Shown here one piece after another: positions 25,325 through 38,888 of a DNA stretch of 64,000 nucleotides (positions are counted from its first letter, which is position 1; each line of letters begins with the position of its first letter). The position numbers were made by a program, and so were the translations under genes. The notes under the pieces are model-generated. The model was not told the DNA's origin and searched no databases. It was given only the letters and a program-made list of their open reading frames with translations. Where the stretch lies: positions 7,216,063 through 7,280,062 of the forward strand of contig NC_057752.1 in NCBI RefSeq assembly GCF_004010195.1. The letters run 5' to 3'. The DNA is from Chiloscyllium plagiosum. Lineage: Eukaryota.

Positions 25325-25433
25325 CTTCCATAAAAGCTTGTACTGTTCTGTCGACACAGTTATCATAATGTTGCAACACTAGAATTATCTCATTATTACT
25401 TCTGTTAGGGACTATTGCACGGACAGCACTAAT
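25325..25433 (-). CDS. SPATS2: SPATS2 coding exon, ISAVRAIVPNRSNNEIILVLQHYDNCVDRTVQAFME(G)
   Basis: ttctcag|ATT...GAAG|gtaag; 109 nt, phase 0 to 1; near-identical to the conserved SPATS2 N-terminal motif (AIVP and FMEG fit SPATS2 better than SPATS2L). Confidence 0.96.
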
Positions 25434-25552
25434 CTGAGAAAACAAAAGTGCAAATATGAAAGGTAACATCAAAAGATGATCTTAAACACAATTATACTTT
25501 ACATGGTCCAAATAGAAGAGCTAAACAGGAGAAAAATGCCTAAAAGATGGAG

Positions 25553-25651
25553 TGAGAGGCTCTTATAGTGGTAATGTCCCCACCTCTGAGCCAGGTGGTC
25601 GAGGTTCAGACCCACCTGATCCAGAGGTCTACCTGAACATCTGAACAATTT
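25553..25651 (+). mobile_element. Short tRNA-derived SINE with 20-bp TSD
   Basis: TSD aaaatgcctaaaagaYggag at 25533-25552 and 25652-25671. Confidence 0.75.
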
Positions 25652-25735
25652 AAAATGCCTAAAAGACGGAGCAAGATGTGCTGCAAATTCTCTTGAATTG
25701 CAATGATATCCCTGAACTTTGTAATTGGCAATTTT

Positions 25736-28700
25736 AAAAAAAATATATTTTTATTAAGAAAAAATAGATTTTTAAATATTACAACAAATACAAAACAATG
25801 CAATTCAAAACAGTACAAAAATAGGACAAAACTAAACCCAAATAATAAAAAATTCCCCAGCCCACCCTCCTATATGAATGTATAAACATATATAGAGAAG
25901 TATAAAATTAAAACAAAAACCTAAATTAGCTATTCAACTAACTAAATAAATACCTAACAACAAACAAATAAATAGTAATAACTCAGCCCAGCCAAACAAA
26001 ACACTCATACATTCACAGTTCCTCCTCCCTGGATATTGGACTCATGAAACACAATCATTACGGCTATATAAAAGCCCTTGTTAGTGTGGCAGATGAATCT
26101 GTGTCTAGGTATTTCAAAAAGGGTTGCCATGTCTTGTAAAAATTCTCAGTTTTGTGGTGTACCATATTTGAGAGAAAATCCAGGGGGATATGCTCCATAA
26201 CAATCTTCCGCCAACCCGACAGGCCTGGGGGTTTTCTGATATCCAACCTAGCAAGATATTCTTCCTTGCACAGACGTAAGAATATTGAAAAGTGTTTTCT
26301 TATGCGCGTCTGCAGGAAATACAATGGGTAGGCCCAAAAGGAGAGATAGAGTCCTTCTCCACCCCTACACATAAAATCCTCTCCATTGCACCCACCACAG
26401 CGCTCCAATATGTTTGAAGCCTGTCACAAGACTAAAGACAATGGGTAAGGGTGCCCGTGCAGACCTTGCTCTTGGGACATGCTGAAGATACCCCTGGTTT
26501 AAATTTTGACAAACGGTCTGGGGCTAAGTGGACCCTGTGGAGAATCTTCAGCTGTAAAGCATGGGTCCTATTGCAAATTGACATCTTCCTTGCATTCTCC
26601 CAAATATCCTCCCATGCCTCTGAAGAAACTTCAACACCCAGCTCTCCCTCCCACATCCTGCAGAGTCAATCAGACTCATCTGAGGTGGCACCACCCAATT
26701 AGTGATATGAAGTACTGACAGAGAGTGTGCTCTTAGTCCTTAGTACCTCTCTTTCTATGTCAGATTTGTAGGGATCAGTCAAAAGTGTGGTCTTTGTTTG
26801 AATAAAATCCCTCACTTGAAAAAAACGAAAGAGGTCTCTATTAGATAACGTGCACTTCCGTACTAACTGACCGAAGGACATCATTACATCTCCCTCAAAT
26901 AAATCACCCATGCAAGATATACCCCTAGCTGCCCAACGTTTAAATCCTGAATCTATCAGACCCGGTTGAAAACCCGACATACCCACTGAAGGTGTGAACA
27001 AAGATGTTTTGCCAATATTACCTTCCCTCTGCCGAATTGCCCTCCATGCTTTAACAGTATTGATGACTATTGGGTTATGGCAATATTCCCTAACTGTCCT
27101 CACCTTGTCCAAAAACAGCAAACTGGTAAGGGGGCACCTTGCCTGGGAGGCTACGATATCTAGTCATATTGAAAGAGGATCCCCACAAACCCAATCACTC
27201 ACGTAGGTCAAAAGCGAACTTAATTAGTCATTTTTAAATGTCCGGAAGGTCAAATCCCCTCAATCTGTGAGTCAACTGCAGTTTGGCTAATTTAATGAGG
27301 GGCCGTTTATGGTGCCAGATAAAGGAGCTGAACCAACCGTTCAGTCCCCTGAGTGTTTGTTTATTGAAAATCAGGGGGAGCATCCGTATAGGGTACAGCA
27401 AACGAGGGAGAATATTCATCTTAATAAGCGCTATCCGACCCAACCATGAGACTGGAAGTGCCTCCCATCTTTGGAGATCTTGTTTAATTTTTTCAAACAA
27501 TTGAGTAAAATTGGCTTTGAACAGCCAATCCAGATCTGGAGTAATGAATATGCCCAAATACACAAAACCCCCCTGTGACCACCTAAATGGGAATCTATAG
27601 TCACCCTCAAGAGCCAACTCTTTCGTAAGACCATCCATAGGCGTAGCCTCTGATTTAGCAAAATTAATCTTATACCCTGAAAAAGCGCCAAACGCGTGAA
27701 TGCATTGTATCAGGCAAGGCACTGAGACTGCTGGATTTGTCAAGAAAATTAGAACATTGTCTGCATATAGCGAGATCTTATGTAATTTTGACCCCATTTC
27801 TGGAGCTGATATATTGAGATTCCCACGAATGGCCTCTGTCAACGGTTCAATCACCAACGCAGAAAGTAATGGTGAAAGGGGACAGCCCTGCCGGCTGCCC
27901 CTAGAAATATTAAAATTGCTTGATCGTACCCTATTGGTGATGACCACCACGAGAGGTACTCTGTAGAGAACCTTTACCCATCTTATGAAAACTTTGCCCA
28001 GACCAAACCGGTCGAGAATACAGAAAAGGTACGGCCACTCAACTCGGTCAAATGCCTTCTCTGCATCTAAAGAAATCACTAATCCCTGTATTGACTGCTG
28101 TTGGCATGCTTGAATTACGTTAAGCAACCTCCTAGCGTTATTGGAGGATCTGTGACCTGTCTGATCCTCTTTAATAATAGAGGGTAACACAGTCTCCAAC
28201 CTTAAGGCAAGAGCCTTAGAGAGGATCTTAAAGTCCCCATTTAAGAGCGAGATGGGCCTGTATGAAGCACAGTCTTCCGGATCCTTCCCTTTTTTAAGGA
28301 TAAGTGAAACATTGGCCTCTCTCAGAGATGGTGGGAGACAATCATTAAACATATTCAGCATCGGGCCTGACAGTATACTTATAAATTCCTTATAGAATTC
28401 ACTGGGAAGTCAGTCAGGACCAGGCGCCTTTCCACTCTGAAGCTGCCTCACAGCTTCCTGCACTTCTTGCTCTGATAAGGGGGCATTGAGAAAGGACTGT
28501 TGTTCGCGAGTCACACCTGGGAGCTTCAGATCTCTAAAAAAGGATTCCATTTTGGCCTGCCCCTCCTCACAATTCTCAGACTGACACAACTTAGAGTAGG
28601 ATCTCTGGAACGCCACATTCATGTTCCGTGTGCCCCATTCACTTTCCATGTGCCCTGTTCTCTTTCTGTGTGCATCTTTTTAGAATCACAGGTTAGGTTC

Positions 28701-31481
28701 CAAGACCTTTCCCTAATCGCTGTAATGGTTTGTGGGGCACTTCTCTTTCTGGCAAGGTATGCTAAGTATTTGCCTGGCTTGTCACCATGCTTGTATAACC
28801 TTTGCTTTGCAAAAGCCAGCTCCTTCTTTGCCACCTGTATGAGCACGGAATTTAGTGCAGACTGCAGTGCTGTAATCCTCTGTAGGGTCTGTCAAAATAG
28901 GCCTTCTCGGCTGCCTTCGACCATACTTCAAGAAGATGTTGCTGCTCACCCTTCTGCCGCTTCCTACTGATGGAATATGAAATAACTAACCCCCTGGCAT
29001 AAGCTTTGGCAGTTTCCCAGAGAACTGATGAGCTATCAACTGAGCCTATGTTGATGTCTAGAAATGCCCGAAATTCCCTCGAGAAATACTCCACAAACTT
29101 ACTGTCCATGAGAATAAAGGGGTCCATTTGTCAGTACCTTGAATCCACTGTAACATCCTTAATCTTAACCATGAGGTACACTGGAGCATGATCAGAGATG
29201 GCAATATTACCAATTGTACAGGATGCCACCAGATCCAGGGTTACCGCAGGGGTCAGAAAAAAAATCAATCCTCGTGTGACATCTATGCGGATTGGAGAAA
29301 AACATGAAATCCCTACCTGTAGGATGGAGACACCTCCAGACATCCACCAACCCTAATTCCCCACACAAACCCAATAACTATTCAGTTTGTGCAAAGGGGA
29401 TATGGAGGGACCTTTAGGCAACCTGTCTACTGTGGGGTCCATGAGGCAGTTAAAATCTCCCCCTATAATGATGTGCTGAGACTTGAGACTTATCAGTTTA
29501 GAAAAAGCATCTACCAAGAATTTAAGAGGATGAGCTGGGGGACAATAAACATTTAAAATGCCATATTCTTCCCCATTTATCAAGGCTTTAAGAATTACAA
29601 ACCTCCCATATGTGTCTTTAACACAGTCCAACAATTTAAAAGAGAGATTTTCTCCTAATCAATATAGCCACTCCCCTACTTCTGATATTAAATGAAGAAA
29701 AATAAACTTGGTCAAAGCCATTCTGCTGTAATTTCAGATGCTCCTTGTCATCCAAATGTGTCTCCTGTAACAAAGCAATATCCACCTTCTCCTTTCTAAG
29801 ACTCAAGAGTACCTTCTTCCTCTTAATTGGCGAGTGACTTCCCTTGATATTCCAGGTACACCATTTAATCAAATCATTAGCCATAATCTTCTGCAATTAC
29901 ATTTAAATTCCAGAGAGGAGGAACCCGAACCACAAATTGCTGAGCCTTAGTGTCGCATGTTCCACCAAATATAAGAACTACATAAACTAAAACCACTACA
30001 TTTAACAAACATACAAAATTATTAAAAATAAAAAACAACAAAACCAGAAAACAAACCAACATCTACAGCGCCAATAGCGCTGAGTCGGGGAACTCACCCC
30101 CTGCCCGGAGGGGGCAACTACCCGTCCCGGACTGCCCATAAATAGGCATCTAACCATCTCAACCACCTTCACTTCTCCCAGCTAGAGCCGCATCGCAAGC
30201 ACAAGCTAAAAAGAATAAACACCCCATAGAATATCAGTATGAATAAAAAAAAATTCTTTTATATAAAAAAAGGGGAATAAATACCCCACCCATCCTTTGG
30301 TATGTCCTAACTTAGAAATTTAAAATGTACATCTTAACCACCGCCAGACATAGTTTGAACCAAATTATTATCAATAGAGGGTAAAAAAAGGGGGAAAAAC
30401 AAAGCTCCAATCGGATTTCCTCCATTTCTTTTACAGAATGATAAATGCATACTCAAGCAACAATATTTATACATACTACAATTGTTTAAATTAGGTTAGT
30501 TTGTCCACAAAGTCTCTTGCCTTGTCCGATGTGTCAAAGAGATGCATGGATCCATCTAAGGTGATCCGAAGCACTGCTGGATATCTCAGGGAGTACTGAA
30601 TCCCAAGCTCCTTCAATCTTCTCTTGACACCATCATATGATTTTTGTTTCTGGATCACCGCCGCTGAAAAGTCCTGAAAAAACATGACCTTAGACCCCTC
30701 GTAAATTAGAGCCTTTGGATCCTTCCCCTGGAGTCTGGAAGCCTCCATGACTCTCTCCTTATCCTGGTTATGATGGAACCGCACCAGGAAAGGACGAGGG
30801 CGTTGACCCAGACCTGACCGCCGCGCTGTGACCCGGTGAGCCCTCTCTATCTTCAATCCTCTCATGCCAGCCTCCAAGTTAAGGAATTTCGAAAGTCAAT
30901 CTTCAACAAATCCCGCAGGCCGCTCACCTTCTTTACCCTCAGACAGACCGATGATCCGAATGTTTTTTCTCCTGCCCCAGTTTTCAAGATCATCCACTTG
31001 GTCACGCAAATTACGAACCTGCGTCTTCAGGGCTTGGATCTCTTCCTTGAATGAACTGGCATCAGTTTCCACCACTGTGACCCTGTGCTCCACCTCATCC
31101 GTCCTCTTCTCCAAGTCTCCGAGTTGCTGCTCATGCTTCTGCAGCATGAGAGAGACTGGAGCCAACTTCTCTTCAATCTGTTTCCCCAGCATCTTGCGAG
31201 ATTTTGAGAGCTGGTTCACCAGGTCCTGGAGAGTAATTGGTCCCGAGGCTGCTGGAAGCTGAGCTGCAGACCCGGCCTCGGATGCTCCTCCTCCTTTTTT
31301 CGGCATTTCGGGACAGCTGAAAATACAGCTAAGTCAATTTTTAAATGTTTCTTGGGGCTCCACAATCTTTCCAACGCCCCAAGAAATCCTGATGACCTGG
31401 GTTGGGCAGGTTAAAGGACCATCTTGCTCCTGCTGCGATGCGAAGCTCTGCAGTGTGATCTTCTCAGATCGCCGCCATCTT
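25736..31481 (-). mobile_element. Near full-length L1 (ORF1 31306-30491, ORF2 about 29884-26064), disrupted
   Basis: 5' AAGATGGCGG (YY1-type); ORF1 LENWGRRKNIRIIGL; APE motifs TWNIKG, LQETH, GGDFN, SDH; RT motifs SLDAEKAFD, RQGCPLSP, YADN; Cys-rich C-terminus; several frameshifts and stops. Confidence 0.95.
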
Positions 31482-31546
31482 AAATTGCCAATTGCAGGGG
31501 GATCCAAGTGTATAAACACTTATTCTAGTATGGATATTGGAAACAA

Positions 31547-34535
31547 GGGAGGCAATGGTCTAGAGGTATTGTAGCAAGGCAACTAATCCAGAACTTATGT
31601 TCTGGGAACCAGGTTTCAAAATCCATCATGGCAAGTGGTGGAATTTGAATTCAATTTAAAAATAAATCTGGACTAAGAGTCTAATCATTGTCAATTGTCA
31701 GAAAAGCCAATCTGGTTCACTAATGTCTTTCAGGGAAAGAAATCTGCCATCCTCACCTGGTCTTGCCTGCATGTGACTCCAGACCCATAGCAATATGATT
31801 TGACTCTCAACTGCTCCCTGAAATGGCCTAACAGACCACTCCGTTGTAGCAATCGCGACAAAGTCTACACAAAGAAAGGAAACTGGGTGGGCCACTTGGC
31901 ATCGGCCCAGGCACCGAAAAGACAATGGCAGAAACAGCCCTGTTCATCCTTCAAAATCCTTCTGACTAAAATCTTGGGGCTATTTTCAAAATTGGAAGAG
32001 CCGTCTCAGACTAGTCAAGCAACAACCTGACAGAAGTCATACTCATCTTACAGGTAATGTCCCAAACACCACAATCACCATCTATGTCCTGATACATCCT
32101 GTCCCATCGACAGACCCAGCAGAGGTGGTGGCACTGGGTATACTGTCGGGAGGGAGTTATCCTGGGAGTCCTTGACATTGACTCCAGATACCATGAAGTC
32201 TCATGGCTTCAGAATTAAACATGGGTAAGGAAACCTCCTGCTGATTTTGATATACCATCCTCCCTCAGCCAATGAATCAGTACACCACCATAACGAACGA
32301 GACTTGGAGGAAGCACTGAAGGTGGACAAGGTACTCTGGGTGGGAGATTTCAATGTCCATCATAAAGAGTGACTCAACAACTGCTGTTCGGGTCCTAAAG
32401 GAAACAGCTGCGAGTCCGGGTCTGCATCAGGTGGTGAGGGTAAAACATACTTGACCACATCCTTACCAATCTGCTGGATGCAGATGCACCTGTCCATGAC
32501 GTTATCAGTAAGAGTGACCACTGCACAGTCTTGATGGAGACAAAGTCCTATATTCATGTTGAGAATACCTTCCATTGTGTTGTGTGGCATTATCACCATG
32601 TTAAATGGGACAGACTTCAAACAGATCTAGCAACTCGAGGCTGGGTATCCAGGAGATGCTGTGGGTCATCAAGAGCTGCACATTGTACTCCAGCACAATC
32701 TGCAATTTCATGGCCTGGCATATTCCCCACACAACCATTACCATCAAGCCAGGGGGATTAATGCTGTTTCAGCGGAAAGTTTAAGAGGGCACACCAGGAG
32801 CAGCACCAGACATACCTGAAAATGAGGTGTCAACCTGGTGAAACTACCAAACAGGACTACTTGATGTCACACAGCATAGGCATCATGTGATAGATACAGT
32901 TAAGCAATCTGACAGCCAATGGCTCAGATCTAAGCTTTGCAGTCCTGCCACATGCAGTTGTGAATGGTGAAGGACAATTAATCAACTCACTGGAGGCGCC
33001 GGGTTCACAAATATCCCTCCCCTCAATGATGGAAGAAACCAATACATTAGTGCAAAAGACAAGACTGAAGCATTCGCAACAATCTGCAGCCAGAAGTGCT
33101 AAGTGGATGATTCATCTCATCCTCGTCCAGTAGTCCCCAGCATTACAGATACCAGTCTTCAGCCAACTTGATTCACACTATGTGATATATAAAGGCTATG
33201 GGGCCTGACAACATTCTGAAGACTTGTGCTCCAGAGTCTGCCATTCCCCCAGCCAAGTTGTTCCAGTACAGATACAACACTGGTATCTACCCAGCAATGT
33301 GGAAAATTGCCCAGGTATGTCCTGTAGGTAAAAAGCAGGACAAATCTAACCCAGCCAATTTCCACCCCATCATCGGTAAAGTGACGCAAGATGTTGTCAA
33401 CAGTGTTAAGAAGCAACACCTGCTCAGCAATAACCTGCTTGGTGACACCCAGTTTGGGTTCTGACAGGGCCACTTATCTCCTGACCTCATTCCAGCCTTG
33501 GTTCAAACATGGACAAAAGAACTAAATTCCAGAGGAGAAGTGAGAGTGACAGCTTTTGACATCAAGGCCACATTCAAACTAGCCCACTCATCTCCAGTTG
33601 CTTCATCAATGACCTTCCCTCCATCAGAAGGTTAGAAATGGAGATGTTCGATGATTTTGCTTTGGTGCTGAACATTGAACAAAGAACAGTACAGCACAAG
33701 AACAGGCCCTTCAGCCCACCAAGAATGAGCTGACCCTTCAGATACTGAAGCAGTGCATGCTCAAATGCAGCAAGACCTGGACAACATCCAGACTTGGGCT
33801 GGCAAGTAACATTCACACCACACAAATGCCAGGCCATGACCATATGACCATCTCCAATAAGATGGAATTGCACTACTGCCCCATGACATTCAATGGTGTT
33901 ATCATCACTGAATCCCCACTATCAATATCTTGGGGGTTACCACTGACCAGAAACTCAACTGGACTCACCACACAAACAGTAGTTACAAGAGCAGGTCAGA
34001 ACTCGGAATACTGTGGCAAGTAACCCACCTCCTGACTCTCCAATGTCTGTCCACCATCTGCAAGGCATAAATCAGGAGTGTGATGGAATACTTGCCTGGG
34101 TGAGTGTACCTCCAACACTCAAGAAGCTTAACACCATCCAGGACAAGGGAGACAGTTGAATTAGCACCATGTCCACAAACATCCATTCCCTCTATCACCA
34201 GTGCTCAATTGCAGCAGTAGGCACTGCAGAAATTCACCAAAGCTCCTTTCAAATCCACGGCCACTTCCATCAAGGAAGGACAAGGGCAGCGACAGCAGAT
34301 ACATGGGAACACCACCACCTGCATGCACCCTTTGAGCCACTCATTATCCAGACTTGGAAATATATTCCTGTTCCTTCACGGTTGCTGGGTAAAAATTCTG
34401 GAATTCCCTCCCTAATGGCATTGAACTGCTGCAATAGGTCGACCAAAAAGGCAGATCACCACCACCACCTTCTCAAGGGCAACTAGGGGCAGACAATAAA
34501 TGCCCATGTCCCACGAGTGAATATAAGAAAAAAAA
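31547..34535 (+). mobile_element. About 3-kb CR1-group LINE with a tRNA-like head and ORF2 only (decayed)
   Basis: SINE-type head 31547-31820; APE motifs (ggagatttcaatgtc GDFNV, agtgaccac SDH); RT (YPAMWKIAQVCPV.KK, QFGF, DIKA.F, FINDLP); tail aataaatgcccatgtcccacgagtgaat. Confidence 0.85.
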
Positions 34536-35412
34536 TCTGACAGGACATTTGGGCAAATTTTGCCTCAGCACTACAGTTTCATAAAACAGCATCCGATTTT
34601 CTTTTTCATTCAGTTCTGTGTTGCTGACTAAGGTGAATTTCATCCCCAGTAATTCTGAGCTCCATACTAAAACTGTGGCATCAAAAACAATCTCCTTAGT
34701 TCCACTGCTTTCTTAAGATTACCAAGTCAGGTCAATTACAAAGTTTTAATAATCAGTAAAAGGGATCCCCAGTCACATTTTCAAGTAAAGGAAAACAATT
34801 AATGAGAAAATTTGCTTCAAAATGATCAATTTTAATCTAATTGCAGGGTTAATGCAGAGAGTTATAAACTCACTGGGTTGTCTGGAAATCTTTCAATGAA
34901 GCCTTTTTTGGGTGTGTGTGGGAGAGGATGTGAAATAATGCAATCACCATTGGAATATAAAGTTAGTTTGCAGCAATATTATGTCCTTAATATCTGAAAG
35001 CGTATTACACTTCTGGTACAAAAAGTGGTTTTGTTCCATGGGCATGCAGTGAGTGCATAAAGAATTTTTATAATGTGGTATGGTAATCTGCTACAAATTC
35101 AGAGTAGTGTTGAGAAGCTTGGACTTTGAACAATGAAGGATTTTTGCTGTCATGAGCACAAAAACAAAGAAAAATACTGATTGGGATTACGTGAGTAGGT
35201 GCAAGAATGCAATCAGGCTTTACTGAGATTTATGCCGAAGTTAGTTTTGAAATTAATTTCCAACTGAAAAGTAGAAGGAAATCAGCATTCAAAGCTTAAG
35301 GCAGTGATATAAAACAATCCTTTCTGGAGTTGTTCATGACAACTTATCAAAGGAAGTCTGATCTGAACCTGTTTAATTCAAAAGACTAAATTACTGAATT
35401 CATCAAGGAACT

Positions 35413-37172
35413 GAGAAATAAGAAAGGGATGATCACCTTATTGGGATTGTATTATAGACCCCCAAATAGTCAGAGGGAAATTGAGAAATAAACTTGTAAG
35501 GAGATCTCAACTATCTGTAAGAATAATAGGGTGGTTATGGTAGGGGATTTTAACTTTCCAAACATAGACTGAGACTGCCATAATGTTAAGGGTTTAGATG
35601 GAGAGGAATTTGTTAAGTGTGTACAAGACAATTTTCTGATTCAGGATGTGGATGTACCTACTAGAGAAGGTGCAAAACTTGACCTACTCTTGGGAAGTAA
35701 GGCAGGGCAGGTGACTGAGGTGTCAGTGGGGGGCACTTTTGGGCCAGCGAGCATAATTCTATTAGACTTAAAATAGTGATGGAAAAAGATAGACTAGATC
35801 TAAAAGTTGAAGTTCTAAATTGGAGAAAGGCCAATTTTGACGGTATTAGGCAAGAACTTTCAAAAACTGACTGGGGGCAGATGTTTGCAAGTAAAAGGGA
35901 CGACTGGAAAATGGGAAGCCTTCAGGAATGAGATAACGAGAATCCAGAGAAAGAATATTCCTGCTCGGGTGAAAGGAAAGGCTGGTAGGTACAGGGAATG
36001 CTGGATGAACAAAGAAATTCAGGGTTTGGTTAAGAAAAAGAAGGAAGCATATGTAAATATAGACAGGATAGATCGAGTGAATCCTTAGAATATAAAGGCA
36101 GTAGGAGTATACTTAAGAGGGAAATCAGGAGGGCAAAAAAGGGGACATGAGATAACTCTGGCAAATAGAATTAAGGAGAATCCAAAGGGTTTTTACAAAT
36201 ATATTAAGGACAAAAGGGTAACGAGGGAGAGAATAGGGCCCCTCAAAGATCAGCAAGGCGGCCTTTGTGTGGAGCTGCAGAAAATGGGGGAGATACTAAA
36301 CGAGTATTTTGCATCAGTATTTACTGTGGAAAAGGATATGGAAGATATAGAATGCAGGGAAATAGATGGTGACACCTTGCAAAATGTCCATATTACAGAG
36401 GAGGAAGTGTTCCATGTCTTGAAACGCATAAAGGTGGATAAATCCCCAGAATTCTGTGGGAAGCTACAGAAGTGATTGCTGGGCCTCTTGCTGAGATATT
36501 TGTATCATCAATAGTCACAGGTGAGGTGTTGGAAGACTGGAGGTTGTCTAACGTGGTGCCACTGTTTAAGGGTGGTAAGGACAAGTCAGGGAACTATAGA
36601 CCAGTGAGGCTGACGTCGGTGGTGGGCAAGTTGTTGGAGGAAATCCTGAGGGACAGGAAGTACATGTATCCGGAAAGGCAAGGATTGATTAGTGATAGTC
36701 AACATGGTTTTGTGCGTGGGAAGTCATGTCTCACAAACTTGATTGAGTTTTTTGAAGAAGTAACAAAGAAGATTACTGAGGGCAGAGTGGTAGATGTGAT
36801 CTATATGGACTTCAGTAAGGCGTTCGACAAGGTTCCCCATGGTTAGCAAGGTTAGATATCACGGAATACAGGGAGAACTAGCCACTTGGATACAGAACTG
36901 GCTCCATTTTTAAAAGAGATATAAAAGAGACCTAAGGGGCAACCTTTTCACACAGAGGGTGGTATGTGTATGGAATGAGCTGCCAGAGGAAGTGGTGGAG
37001 GCTGGTACATTGCAACATTTAAAAGGCATTTGGACGAGTGTGTGAATAGGAAGGGTTTAGAGGGATATGGGCCGGGTGCTGGCAGGTGGGACCAGATTGT
37101 GTTGGGATGTCTGGTCGGCATGGACAGGCTGGACCAAAGGGTCTGCTTCCATGCTGTACACCTCTATGACTC
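35413..37172 (+). mobile_element. CR1/HER1 LINE ORF2 fragment with an internal deletion near 36905
   Basis: YYRPPN, GDFNFP, NYRPV.LTSVVGK, QHGF and YMDFSKAFDKVPHG, then a jump to the 3' tail. Confidence 0.92.
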
Positions 37173-37496
37173 TAATTCAGTTTGATTTATGTACAGACAC
37201 AGTTCATCATGCCCCTTTATGGAAGATGCCCTACAAGTCTTATGTATATGCAAAATAAAGGATCCCATATGTTTAACAGCATAATCACCTTGTTCTGCCA
37301 CCTTCAATGAATTACCCAGCTAAAAGGTGGGGGGGGGGGGGAGGAAAAGGAGGTGTCTGTTCACGAATCCCTCTTAAAACTAGTATTTAGTTTTTCTTGC
37401 CTCTCCTCATTCCCTTCTTTCCAATGAATTTTAAGAAATGATGAGAAACTAGTTCTAAATCCCTAATTTCTGTTGGATGGACACAGTAAAACCAGC

Positions 37497-37498
<2 letters not shown>

Positions 37499-37552
<54 letters not shown>

Positions 37553-37577
37553 AACCAGCAGGTGTGTGTGTGTGTGT
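37499..37577. repeat. Compound (GT)n(GA)n microsatellite with duplicated aaaccagcaggtgtg unit
   Basis: Directly visible. Confidence 0.95.
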
Positions 37578-37904
37578 TCTTTACATTAAGAGTTAAACAA
37601 AGGGTCTCAACAAATTGCACAAGCTTATTTCCATACTGAGGAATGCTGATATTGTTGATGAATGGCAAAGGGAGCAGAACCACTGCCAGTTGCTATATAC
37701 AATGCTTAAGTACTCAAGAAAAGACATGGTTGAGAAAAAGTCACTTCTTTAGGAAATCATTGCTTCAAAACATAAATAACTACCACAATTAATTACATTT
37801 ACACTGGCAAGTATTTTTGGATATCTTGAGGATGTGTAGGATACTTCATTTGCAAAAAGTTTTTCCCTTAAACCTTGCAACATTAGTAACTAAAGATAAG
37901 AATT

Positions 37905-38072
37905 CCTATAGTGTGGAAATCGGCCATTTGGCTCAAGTCCACATTGACTCTCCAAAGAACATCTCACCCAGACTCACCCCTCCCACCCGCAACCCTGTGC
38001 CTCCCATGGCTAATCCACCTCACCTACACATCCCCAAACTATGGGCAATTTAGCACGGCTAATCCAATTTGG
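37905..38072 (-). mobile_element. HE1-like SINE 3' fragment
   Basis: gggcaatttagcacggctaatcca, with an internal duplication of the ggctaatcca motif. Confidence 0.6.
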
Positions 38073-38808
38073 ACTATTACGCTAAAGGAAAAAGTGACAG
38101 TGTATTATATCACTCCTACTCAAGTACATAAAGTTAGACAGTTATAGGTTTTCACATTGTTGCATCAGGATGCATTGCTAGGTTTGCAGACAGCAATGTT
38201 CCACAAAACCTACTGCTATTAATTTCTTACTGATGTACAAGTGTTCCCATCTTTGGGAGAAAAAAAATAAGCACTCACCCACATTAGTTTATTTAAGAGA
38301 GCCTACTAGATAAACTACTAAATGCCTTTTAAAATGAGCATTGCATTCAATCACCACATAAATGACATTTCTTTCAGTGTAACATTGGCTCAAATAATTG
38401 TGATGGGCCAAATTATTAAATGGACTGGATTCAGGTTCATATTATCCAGAGCTGGCAAGTTGAAAGCAACAAATATTCAGTGAAGACTACTGCGTATTTT
38501 AAAATATTACACAAATTTATAGCCAAAGAAAACCAATCTAACATGGTGAAATAATGAATTTGTTTTTAAACCTTAGTAGCTACGAGGGAAAACAACCATC
38601 AAATTACTTTCAAGAAGATTAGGAAATCTGTTCAAAATGATGGGTAGATTTCTCAATCATAGTCCAAAAACAAATAATCTAATGTTATCAACTACCAGTG
38701 TTTGGCAACATAATTGGAAATTCTAAAACTACGGAATCAAAGAGCACAATTCATTGTCATCGACTTGTTCACTAAATACAATAGGATATATGTCGGAAAT
38801 ATTGCTAC

Positions 38809-38888
38809 CTTTTCCTTTATGTTGTCATTAGATCCTCCCTGGGCCATCACTGCTTTGAATCGAGTGTCAAACATGACTCCAGTGGGAT
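38809..38888 (-). CDS. SPATS2: SPATS2 coding exon, (D)PTGVMFDTRFKAVMAQGGSNDNIKEK
   Basis: Minus strand aacag|ATCCC...GAAAAG|gtagca; 80 nt, phase 1 to 0; resembles the vertebrate SPATS2 N-terminus (D..G..FD....AQGG...KEK). Confidence 0.9.

Noticed and set aside
4407..38888. Assignment to the paralogue SPATS2L
   Set aside because: The FD..AQGG exon, the HYDNCVDRTVQAFMEG motif and the YHVNG..ESVDSLSE motif fit SPATS2.
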